A stretch of DNA of 64,000 nt from Macrostomum hystrix (Eukaryota > Animalia > Platyhelminthes), in NCBI GenBank assembly GCA_950097015.1, contig CATNEN010000001.1:15500001-15564000 (forward strand). The letters run 5' to 3'. A program made the translations under genes and the position numbers. The notes beneath the pieces are model-generated. The model was not told the origin of the DNA and ran no database searches. It saw only the letters and a program-made list of their open reading frames with translations. Shown here piece by piece: positions 35,401 to 47,400 of the stretch; the first letter of the stretch is position 1, and every line of letters begins with the position of its first letter.

Positions 35401-38400
35401 AAGTTGTTACATGATGGCATTTTGTGAGTGGATGGAATTACGCCTATTTGTTACATCGGATAGAGCAGAAAAATGTGGCCTGTTTTGGATTTTCATGGCG
35501 ATCGGTTGAATATTTTAGGAGATGCAGAAAAAAAGAAAATGTGGGTATTTGAAACACATTGCGTTGACTTTCTAACCACAGATTCGAGAACCTGCAACAC
35601 ATGACATTCTGTGCACGCATTAAATACCTTGCTGCATCAGTGATCCGATGGTGAACCACAGGCTGTTCAGCGCATTGAACTGGTTTTCCACCACCGGCAC
35701 ACACGCGCTCTGCGAGTACCACTCGTACGGGCTGATCCGGGCGCAGAAGTACATCACGAGGCTGGCAAGCAGCCACGCCAGCATCATGTAGGCCCACACC
35801 CGAGTGCTGAAGGGCAGCAGGAACTGGAACAAGTCCTGTTCCTGCTCACTCTTCTTCATAATGAGGCTGAGTCCCAGGCTCATGTAGGGCGTTGTGAAGT
35901 CGACAACCTGACAAGTATAAGCATACCATGAGAGTCTTCTTATGTTTAGCGAGTTTCACTGAATGAGTTCTACAAAAGGATCATTGAAAAGTATACCTGT
36001 GCCACCTGTTAGACAGGAGTGTCACCTGTTAGACAGGAGTGTCACCTGTTAGACAGGAGTATCAGCTGTTAGACAAGAGTGTCACCTTTTAGGCAGGAGT
36101 GTCAGCTGTTATACAGGAGTGTCAGCTGTTATACAGGAGTGTCAGCTGTTAGACAGGAGTGTCACCTGTTAGACAGGAGTGTCACCTGTTACACTGGGTG
36201 TTAATCTCCTCTCTAACAATGCTCATCGCTGATTGTCACACTGCACAATGTTTAGCGAAGGCTCACCATCTCCCTGTCGTAGGTGATCACTAAGGAAGCC
36301 ACGGCAACATCGGCTGTGTTGGCAATGAGTTCACCGACTGTTCCACTCCAAACCTTGTTGCCGTTGGCGTCCACGGACGGGCTGCCAAACTGACCGTCGT
36401 GACTCACTCGGATAGTGTACCTGCCGTGGTTGGTTGGAGCAACAATTAGAGTTATTTTCGAGCTGTTATTTTTTATACTCACAGAGGACTAAATCGATTC
36501 ACCAGTGACCCGTGAGTTGAGTAAATAGTTTTCATCTTGGGTGCTGACCCTGCTTTAACTGGTTCCCTTGGGGTGAGAGCGGGCTGGTTGCCCATTAAAC
36601 GCTTTGAGCCGTGAAATGGTCAGCCCGATCAGCCCATTAAGGCGAGCTGTCACGTCACAGCATATCCGATCGAGGCTATTCGGCTCGAGTGCAGTTGGAA
36701 ATTTTATCTATAAAGAATCGCGACTAGATCTACGCAATGGCATACTAATTCGGGTGTACTTTCGCATCGGCAAATATATACTCAAAATAAAAAAATTCTT
36801 TCTAAATGGAAATGAAAACTGCTGGTGCTCGTGTTGTCAGCGAGCCTTTGGGGACACTTTTTTGTGCACTCTTTAAAGATTTCAGCGGCACGTGATGCGG
36901 CGGGCATCACGCTGGAAAATCATTCTAGAGAACAATTTTCCAATCCTGGCAGGTTGAAGTTGACTCAAGTGCACTTCAAGGGCGCTAGTGGACTGGCGAC
37001 AGGAATCCCATGGATGCATTGCCTTGAGACAGATAAATATAGCAAATTAGCTCTTTACGAGTATGTCCTGCAAGACTTGTACCTCAAATGGATCCGACAA
37101 GACACCCTTGAAACAACTGCACAATGGCTTCGTACATTCACAGAAGCCCACTACACGTATGAATGAATTATCCATTAACAGAGTTGATTCGGACACAGAT
37201 TTGAGTCGTTTTTTTAGACTATCTAGACCCCAGGGGTGAAGCGAAGCGCTGACCAGCTCTCGCACCAAGGTCCCTGAGCTCGATTCCGCGGCGAGGCCAC
37301 ATTTAATTACAGCGCAGCCGCGGAGAGAATGCTGTGGGGCTTGTCGTGCAATTGGCTCTCATGAGGGCCAACCCCTTAGGCTTAGTGAGGGTGTACACTG
37401 CCTGGTGATGAGAAAGCCTGCTTACCTGCATACGTATCTATCAGTTATGTTAATGTGGTGCCGGTGTCTCTGGCCTTGTGGTTTTGTTAGGCCTTCCTCA
37501 CCCAGCGCCGTCTTGGCTGCCCGGTGCCCAGTGCCGCCATCTGATTGGCTGGGCGCGGGCATTGTGTGCCTATCCTACCCCAGCCCTGCGTGGCTTTGCC
37601 CTCACGCCAATCAGCTCTGCGTAGCTTTGCCCGTCCACCCGTCCAGCGCGTACAACCCTACCCCCCAGCGCGCTGTAGGCTTTGTTTGTGCTCCGCCCCT
37701 GTCTGCCCCCTTGTCAGCCCTTAAGGTATCGTTTTCTGCCCGGGCCAAGGCTACCGCTCTCCCCCTTGCGAACTTTCAAAGATCGTGCCGTAAAGACGGT
37801 CTCTTACGGCGAAGGCTCAATTTATAGCATAGCGAAGTGATTATTGAATAGTGATTCCGAGTGCATGGTTTATTAAAGTGCAAAAATTGCCGACAAATAC
37901 ATTCAGCGTCATCCTGCCATCCTATCGTGCGTCCCGACCGGTAAGCACTGTATTTGTGTCTGTCCTTTCGGGGTGCCAGGTCCGCACGGAGTACTGTAAT
38001 AATCTTAGAAGTACTGTGTGAGCGTCCTAACGCCACCAGTCCCTGACTGCAACAGAGCGTCCTAACGCCTGATTCAGTGATCGATAATATTTTACTTAAT
38101 AGGGCTGTGGGCCGGGGATCTCAAACCGACCACTGTCACTACAAATTGGCGCCCGAACGGGGACACGGTCCCTCATTACCGATAGCAACTATTTGTCTCA
38201 GCGAGCATCAAGCGGCCTCATTCAGCATCAACTGGGTCAACGAGAGTGCCAGCTATTGTTCTCTGTCTAGACTCACCTACGCCTAGCCTGACAGAACTTA
38301 AGTCATGGGAGATCAAGCCATGGACGATCTGATCAACGCGCTGGCCACGCGCCTTAGGGCCAACGCGGAACGCACAGCGCCGAGAATTCCGAAGCCGCCC

Positions 38401-41400
38401 AAGTACGTCCCATCGATGAACTTCAACTTGTGGCTGCAAAATTTCAACGAGTACTGCGGGATGGTCGACATTGAAGAAGGAGACCGAAGGCCACACCTAA
38501 TCAGCCTCCTTGATCTCACAACGGCATACGCCGCAGTAGACAAATTGGACCTCCCGGACGATCTTGAATACGGAGAATTTACGGCGAGGCTCGTAGCCCG
38601 ATTCACCATGAACAGGACGGTGCAGGACTACCGCTTCGAGCTTTCGAACCGTGACCAGCTAGATAAAGAGGCTGTCGAAACCTACGGAGACGAGCTGTTG
38701 GAGCTGGCCCGCAACGCCTTCCCCACTGCAGACGCAGACACTAGGACCGAGCTGGCAAAGGACAGATTCTTGAAGGGTGTCCGAGTGTCCGACACCGTGC
38801 GAGAGAGGCTCTACCTGCAACAGCCGACCGACCTCGCGGAGGCCATTCGGACAGTACGACAGCTGGAGGCCGCGCAGAGGGCATCTTCAGCACAGTCTAG
38901 AACGAGACCCAGAGCCGGACTGAATGTTCTGGCTGCAGAGACACCGGCCACCGCTTTGGACAAAGAAGAGGAGCTGCGCCTGCTGCGTCAGCAGGTGAAG
39001 ACAATGGAGGAGAAAATACAACGCATGGAAAGAAACCAGGCGCAGTCAACTCAAGCGGCACGACCAGAGGCGCGAGTAAACCAGACCGGCCCTTCGAATC
39101 CAAAACAACGCAACGGCGTCACGTGCTACCGTTGCGGCGAGGTCGGACACCTGTCGTTCCAGTGCCAGAATTCGGGAAAAGACAGGAGGGGCCCACGTCC
39201 TGGAGGCAACTGAGCCCCTGCTATTCGCCAGCCTCAAACCAGCATCATCAGCAACCCCAGCCTCACATTCAGCATCATCAGCAACCCCAGCCTCACATTC
39301 AGCATCATCAGCAAGCACTGCCTGGCAACCAGCATCATCAGCAAGCACTGCCTGGCAACCAGCATCATCAGCAAGCACTGCCTGGCAATCAGCATCATCA
39401 GCAAGCACTGCCTGGCAACCAGCATCATCAGCAAGCACTGCCTGGCAACCAGCATCATCAGCAACCCCAGCCTCACATTCAGCATCATCAGCAAGCACTG
39501 CCTGGCAATCAGCATCATCAGCAAGCACTGCCTGGCAACCAGCATCATCAGCAAGCACTGCCTGGCAATCAGCAACATCAGCAAGCACTGCCTGGCAACC
39601 AGCATCATCAGCAAGCACTGCCTGGCAACCAGCATCATCAGCAACCCCAGCCTCACATTCAGCATCATCAGCAAGCACTGCCTGGCAACCAGCATCATCA
39701 GCAAGCACTGCCTGGCAATCAGCATCATCAGCAAGCACTGCCTGGCAACCAGCATCATCAGCAAGCACTGCCTGGCAATCAGCATCATCAGCAACCCCAG
39801 CCAGTCATCCAGCATCATCATCAACCCCAGCCTGGCAACCAGCAGCATCAGCAACCACAGCCTGGCACCCAGCGCCATCGCAGATCGAGACGCAAGAAGA
39901 CAAAAGCGGGGCTGTCTACACCGCTAAGGCAACCATCGAGCCCACCTATTCAGATCAATCCGGTATCAATTTTTGTCACCATAAATGTAGCCGGAAAGAA
40001 GCTAGACGCTTTAGTGGACTCTGGAGCATCGTGCTCTATCATGTCCACGGAGACCTACGAAAGCTTGCCGAACTCTAGAATCCAAGTCCTGGCAGGAGCA
40101 GAAGGTCATGTCAGCTTGGCAAACGGGAGTCCGATCTCTATCGAGAAGACAGTACAGTTGCCTGTGGCCATAGCGGGAAAACTCATCAGCACACCGGTAC
40201 TGGTGGTCAGTGGAATCAAATACCAGCTGGTCCTAGGATCGGACTTCTGTAGGGACAACAGCTGTGTCATCGACTACCAGCATGCAGCGTTTAGAGTGGG
40301 CGAAAGCTCCATCCCGATCCGATGGCAGGCAGAACGACCGCTAGTGTGCAGGATCCTGTCACAAAGGTCACGAACTCTAAAACCAGGTCAGCAGATCGTC
40401 CTCCCTGGAAGGCTCGAAAGGAAAGGCCAGCGAAATAGCGGCTGTCTTGGCATCACCGAGAACCTGAGTCAGCTCAACCTCGAGTCCGGACGCTGCCTGG
40501 CCAAGGCTCTCGTAATACCATCAGAAAAAGCGCTGGTGCCGGCGAGACTCGTTAATCTAACAGAGGAGCCAGTACGAATTAGGAGAGGTAGCACGCTGGG
40601 TTGGTTCTGCCCACTTGAAGTCGCGGAACCGTTTAACACAGTCGAGCTACTTGCCATGGAATCTGATCCGACTCGAAGTGCGGGTCTCAGCAAAGGCGAT
40701 CCAAACGAACTAGAAATTTCGGAGCTGCTGCCCAACTCCTATGGGTCCTGTGGGCTGACCAGTGATGAAAACTCTGCCTTTCAAGATCTAATCTGGAAAT
40801 ACCGAGACGTGTTTGCGACCAAGCAGTCCGCGCCAAAAGTCACCACAATGGTACAGCACGGAATTGACACGACGAACGCGCGGCCCATCAAGATTCCACC
40901 GCGCCGATTGCCGCCGCACCTCCAGCCAGAAGTGGACCACCAAATTGACGAGCTGCTGGAAAAAGGCCAAATAGAAGTGGCACAGTCGCCTTGGTGCTCG
41001 CCACTCGTTTGCGTCCGTAAGAAGAGCGGAGAAATGAGGATGTGTGTGGATTATCGCAAGCTTAACGATGTCACCGTCAAAGACGCAGTGCCTATGCCGA
41101 GAGTCGACGATGCATTGGAGGCCCTTCATGGGGCACAGATCTTCTCGACTATGGACCTGCACAGTGGGTTTTGGCAGGTCGGCATGTCTCCGAAGGACAA
41201 GGACAAGACAGCTTTTTCAGTGCCACACCGGGGACAATTCCGATGGAAAGTCATGCCGTTTGGCTTGGTGAACAGCCCGGCGACCTTTACCAGGTTGATG
41301 GCAGCGGTGTTGGACAAGCAGATGTGGAGAACTTGTTTGGTCTACATTGACGACCTGCTAGTGTGGTCTGCCGACGTCGCGGAACATCTGCGTCGATTGG

Positions 41401-44400
41401 AGGAAATCTTTGAAAAGCTTCAACTGGCTAATCTTAGCTTGAAGCCACAAAAATGCCACTTTCTGCAAAAAGAAGTTGAGTTCCTGGGGCACAAGGTCTC
41501 CGCCACAGGTATCAGCACGGAAGAGTCCAAAGTCCAGGAAGTGAGAGACTGGCCAACGCCAAAGAACCTGTCGGAGCTGCAGTCTTTCTTAGGGTTGTGT
41601 GGCTACTACCGGAGATTCATCAGAAATTTTTCCGAGATCGCCGCACCATTGACTCTGTTGACAACTAAAGGCGCAAAGTTCCGATGGGAGGAGGAGCAGG
41701 AGACTGCCTTCGAAGCATTAAAACAGAATTTGACGAGCTCTGAAGTCATGGCACATCCGGACTTTTCGCCTACGGCTGGTGAGTTCGTGCTCGACACCGA
41801 TGGAAGCTCAAAGGTTGGAATCGGGGCCGTACTCTCGCAAGTCCAGACCGATGGTTCGGAGCGAGTGATCGCGTATGCCTCAAAGTCGCTGAATCAAGCA
41901 GAGCGCAATTACTGCACGACACGACTAGAGCTGCTGGCAGTGGTGACGTTCGTTGCCAAGTTCAAATACTACCTTCTCGGCAAAGAATTCTGCCTGCGCA
42001 CTGACCACAGCAGCCTCCAGTGGCTAAAGAACTTCAAGGATGCTGAGGGACAGGTGGCACGTTGGCTGGAGAAGCTGGCACCGTTCCAGTACAGGATCGT
42101 CCACCGGCCAGGTCGAGCCCACGTCAATGCGGATGCAATGTCCCGAAAGCCGGTTGTAAGAAAGCATTTTGGCGCCGACTCATGCCCTGTCTGTGCAAGT
42201 GGGTATAGCAACAGGATCAACAGCATCGAACTGGGAGGCTTTTCAGCAGCAGATCTCAAGCGCGAACAGGATGAGGACGGTGACCTACGGGCTGTCAAGA
42301 ATGCACTGATCCTTATTACTCAGTCGCTAAATGCGGGAGAGATCGACACCACGGCCTGGAGTCCACTGGCAAGAGGAATTTGGGCGCGACGAGATGATTT
42401 GCTGCTCCAAGAAGAGACGCTGTTCATACGTGACAAGAACAAGAGCGACAAGCAACTCATCGTGCTCCCACAAAGCTGTCTTCCAAGGACGTTGAAAAGC
42501 TTGCACCAGGGTGTCGGAGGCGGCCACATTGGCTTCGCGAAGACGAAACACAAGATGTTGCAGCGTTTCTGGCGGCCAGGTCTGGCCCGGGCGATTGAGG
42601 AGTTTATCCGAGGATGCGCTGTCTGCTGCAAAGCGAAAGCAGGGAAGAAGAATCGCGCCCCTCTAAAACCTCTCACATTTGCCGCACCATTCGACTGCAT
42701 CATGGTGGACATTGTTGGGCCACTGACGCGAAGCAAAGCCGGAAACTCGTACATTCTGACTGTCCAAGACTCCTTCACTAAGTGGCCAGACGCCTACCCA
42801 TTGCGCAATCAGAAAGCGAAGACGGTTGCAAAAGTCCTGTTCGACAGATGGATTAGTCAGCATGGTTGTCCGAACACGCTGCACAGTGACCAAGGAAGAA
42901 ACTTCGAGTCCAAAATCGTGCGAGAGATGTGCCGGATGCTCGAGATCAGGAAGTCGCGGACTACAGCCTACCATCCAAGTGGAAATGGACAGGTTGAAAA
43001 CTTCAACAAGAGCTTGAAGTCCATGCTCAAGTGCTGCCTAGAAGACGCCGGACGGAACGACTGGGAGGAGTTCGTGAGTTCAGCGTTGATGGCGTACCGA
43101 TCGAGCGTCCACAGAGGCACAGGCTACACGCCCCACTACATGGTCTACGGTACGGAGATGCGCCTGCCTATCGATCTGTCCGACCAGCCGCCCCAGCGCG
43201 TGAGCTCGCATGTGGAATTCGTCAAAGACCTGGAGATCAAATTGCAGACGGCTCATCGCGCTGCGCGGATGCAGCTAAACACGTATCAGAGAAGGCAGAA
43301 GGACCACTACGACAAAAAAAACTCGTGGTTCCGACATCAAGGAGGGCGACCACGTCTTTATCTACAGTCCCGCACTGAAGCCTGACGAAGCAGCGAAGTT
43401 TCACATCAGTTGGCGAGGACCTGTCCGTGTACTCTGCAAAATCTCAGAGGTTCTGTTCAAGGTAGAGAAGCCGTCGAACCGCAGGAAAACGAAAGTCGTC
43501 CACTTCAACAACCTCCGGAAGTTTCAAGTACAGGAGGTGAAAGGGCCGGAGACCGAGCCGGACGACGTACAGTCCGAAGCCGAAGAACCCGAGCAAGATC
43601 AGGAAGAGGAAGACTGGCATCCTGGACACCAGAGGAAAGACCCAGTTAGACCTAACCCGGAGGTTCAGGCCGAACTGCCGCCGGAGCATGAGGAACCGGA
43701 GGAGGCGGAATTCGAACCACGAAGGTCCGGCAGAACACGCCGACAACCTGATCGATATGGTCAGCCTGTGCTGTACTGAGGCCCGCGAGTCGAGCAAAGC
43801 GACATCAAACTGCACGTTTCGTCGCATCATCTGATGTTCAGTAGCGTCCCGACGTGGATCTCTGCTAAAGATACTATCAGATTGCGTCATGCTCCCCGGT
43901 GTGAGTGGTCGGAGGGGACCCCGGCCTTCCTAGCCGCGTATTATTTAGCACGTACTTTACTGTATGTTCGTTTGGTGTAGGGTTTACTTGTACCGTATGT
44001 GTTCGTATGTACTAAACCTGGCATTCTGGGAGGGTGGACACGGGCCGCCTCTGCCGGCAGGTACAAGGCATCATCTCAGCCCCATGCCTGGTGACATCAC
44101 TTCCCTGGCTGCAACGCCGCTCGGCCTGCGACGTCAACACCTTGCCTGCGATGCCATCGGACTGCCTGCGACGTCAGCGCACTGCCGGCGACGCCATCGC
44201 ACTGTCTGCGGAGCCAGCGCCCTGCCTGCGACGTCAGCGCAATGCCTGTGACTCTAGCAATCCTGCGACGACAGCGTATGCCCGCGAGGTCAGTGCTCTG
44301 CCGAGGTCGCCTGCGCCGGCAGCGACGGCTGCCCGGCCTGTGACGTCAACACCTTGCCTGCGATGCCATCGGCCTGCCTGCGATGTTAGCGCACTGCCGG

Positions 44401-47400
44401 CGACGTCAGCGCACTGTCTGCGACGCCACCGCCCTGCCTGGGACGCCGGCGTGCGCCTGCGATGTCAGTGCTCTGCCGAAGTCGCCTGCGCCGGCTGCAA
44501 CGGCTGCTCGGTCTGCGACGTCAGCGCCTTGCCTGCGGTGCCAGCACACTGTCTGCGACGTCAGCGCCGTGCCTGCGACGGCTGCCCTGGCTGCGACCAC
44601 AGCGCTCTGCTATCAGCGCCGAGGCCGGTGACGTCAGTGCCCGGTCCGCGACGTCGGTACATAGCCTAGACGTGCGTCCCTACAGTCTTGCCGCGCTCTG
44701 CCAACCCCAGTGCCTCCCTGTCCAGTGCCAGTAACTTTCGTTTCGTTCCTTTTGTTTACATTTAAATTTCGGTCGGTCGACGTCGTTTATCCCAGTGTCT
44801 TCTTTTCCCAGTTTCATCCTTATGCGTGTATTTTGCTTTTTTAGGAGGGGAGGATGTGGTGCCGGTGTCTCTGGCCTTGTGGTTTTGTTAGGCCTTCCTC
44901 ACCCAGCGCCGTCTTGGCTGCCCGGTGCCCAGTGCCGCCATCTGATTGGCTGGGCGCGGGCATTGTGTGCCTATCCTACCCCAGCCCTGCGTGGCTTTGC
45001 CCTCACGCCAATCAGCTCTGCGTAGCTTTGCCCGTCCACCCGTCCAGCGCGTACAACCCTACCCCCCAGCGCGCTGTAGGCTTTGTTTGTGCTCCGCCCC
45101 TGTCTGCCCCCTTGTCAGCCCTTAAGGTATCGTTTTCTGCCCGGGCCAAGGCTACCGCTCTCCCCCTTGCGAACTTTCAAAGATCGTGCCGTAAAGACGG
45201 TCTCTTACGGCGAAGGCTCAATTTATAGCATAGCGAAGTGATTATTGAATAGTGATTCCGAGTGCATGGTTTATTAAAGTGCAAAAATTGCCGACAAATA
45301 CATTCAGCGTCATCCTGCCATCCTATCGTGCGTCCCGACCGGTAAGCACTGTATTTGTGTCTGTCCTTTCGGGGTGCCAGGTCCGCACGGAGTACTGTAA
45401 TAATCTTAGAAGTACTGTGTGAGCGTCCTAACGCCACCAGTCCCTGACTGCAACAGAGCGTCCTAACGCCTGATTCAGTGATCGATAATATTTTACTTAA
45501 TAGGGCTGTGGGCCGGGGATCTCAAACCGACCACTGTCACTACATTAATGTGCGTGTTTTTAAGGGCCACCATGCCAATCTGTCAACCAAGACAACCTAG
45601 ACCACGAGATGAAATTTGCCCCTATTTATACCTGCAATTAATCTTCTTTGCCACCTCTTTGAACAGCTCGATGGAGAAGCCCGTCCATCGATCGTTGCCG
45701 CTCAGCTTGTTCCCGTCCTCGTCGAAGTCGCGCTCAAAGCTGAAGGGCGGGTCGATGACGGTGACCACCGTGAGGTTCATGTCCTTCAGCAGGTCCTCAT
45801 AGTATTTCCTGTGCTTCACCTGGGCTCCGTGGGCCATTTTGAAGCCCTTGTCAGCAGACCAGGTGGCGAACTAAAAGTGGAAAAACTACTAAATAAACTG
45901 TTCTATATAACAAAGATTAGTTAATTTGTGACAATAACACGTGTCAGTAGTCAGTAGATTGTTCTTCAACAAAACAAATTATCCCACTGATTTCTACTGT
46001 TGGCATTAGCTCAGTCCATGGACTGAACAGCTGTGCCTATATAAGTCCTTCAGGCTGGCAAGAAACTAGCAAGTTTACACGGGGGAAATCGTTTTCCAAT
46101 AAAGATCTGGCATTCAAGAGATCCTAGTTGGCCTGACTAACAACCACAAGCGAACAGCTTTTGAGCAAATATTTGAGCAACAACTATTAGAGTAACGGGG
46201 AACCGCTCGTCTGTCGTCATGCTTCTTCTTTGGTTCCGAGATCTCGGTTTCGTCTGGACTTGCGAGACATGCTTGAGTACTTCACCGGCTCTTTCATTAT
46301 ATGCATCTGGGGAAAGGAATAAAGTAAACATGATAATCTAGAAAAAGGTGTACTGAGTTTTTCAGGAACAAAAGTTTTCAGTTGGGAAACTTAACTTAAT
46401 CATCGAATTTTAGCACGAAAAACTGTTTGCATGCAATAAGACAAGTAGGACAAGTAGGAAATGAAAATTAAACTAAAATGTTAATCATTCTATAAACAGA
46501 CACTGGCGATGTAGTGTCATTAGTAGTAATTTCACTTGATCTAAACAATTTGTATGTGGTTTATTTTCTAAGAAAATAATAGTGTAATAACTAAAATTGT
46601 TTAATATAAACACAGATTGATAATAAAGATAAATAGCTGATAAATATTGAATTACTTTCACAACTCCGTCGCTGTTTTCGGAGAGCTGAAAGCGCAGATA
46701 TTTTGTTCACGGTGAATAATTTAGGTTGGCTGTGTGAAAATAGTTGATTGATTCGACTGGCATAGTATTATAAAATCTGCATGTCTGGAGCGTGCTTGAT
46801 TGACTGCGTTGACGAACCCGCTCGCACAGTCCGCATTTTGTTAGAAATGTTTGGATTCAGTTCTGCGGTAATCCGGATGGACGATGATAACAAAAAAGAT
46901 AACGAATGGGAAATGCACAGTTGGTATTCAAGCGAAGACTTTTTGTTCGTAGCAGGTGAAGCCAACGCGAATATTGAAGCTCGCTTACCTTGGGCTGGCT
47001 CTCTGTGTACATGTGATTGACGCAGAAGGTGAAGTTGTAGACACTGTTGCCATCCACGCTGACCACTCCTATGCGTCGTTTGATGTTGGCCTGAAATTTA
47101 AACAAACCTTTTTTGCTGTCACACCGTTTTGCTAAATTATTCATATCGTGTGCTTTCTTACTGCTTTGCCAGTGAGAAATTCGGGATTTACTCGCTAAAT
47201 CTGTGCAATTATGTCGAGTTGATGAAACAAACTAATGACTCGAATTTATACTCATATTGTGTCGCTAATTTCTCACTTTCTGATTTGTGTTAACTATTTT
47301 TCGCATTACTTTTTTATTAGCACAAATAATTGAGTTAACTTATGATCTTAGTTTTTTTTCGTTTGCCAATATTTTGGCCCACTAGTAGCTCGTATTGCAA

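Larger units (their letters stand above)
37454..45544 (+). mobile_element. Full-length Ty3/Gypsy LTR retrotransposon (8091 bp), antisense within iGluR intron 9
   Basis: Two 690-bp TG..CA LTRs; TTAA TSD (37450-37453, 45545-45548); PBS; PPT; gag then PR-RT-RH-IN domain order. Confidence 0.97.

Noticed and set aside
35560-35645. Q/R editing complementary sequence after the MQQG exon
   Set aside because: Only ~7 nt of complementarity seen nearby; insufficient without RNA data.
39046-39878. Antisense ORFs over the Gypsy 30-bp repeat ([10 protein letters not shown] / [10 protein letters not shown])
   Set aside because: Shadow frames of the coding repeat.
44034-44669. env-like third ORF of the Gypsy element
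   Set aside because: No signal peptide, fusion or TM segment; the 20-bp period is not codon-compatible.
46137-46965. Extra iGluR exons in ORFs 46137-46331, 46768-46965 and 51749-52093
   Set aside because: Flanking exons already join in phase with continuous homology; no receptor motifs.
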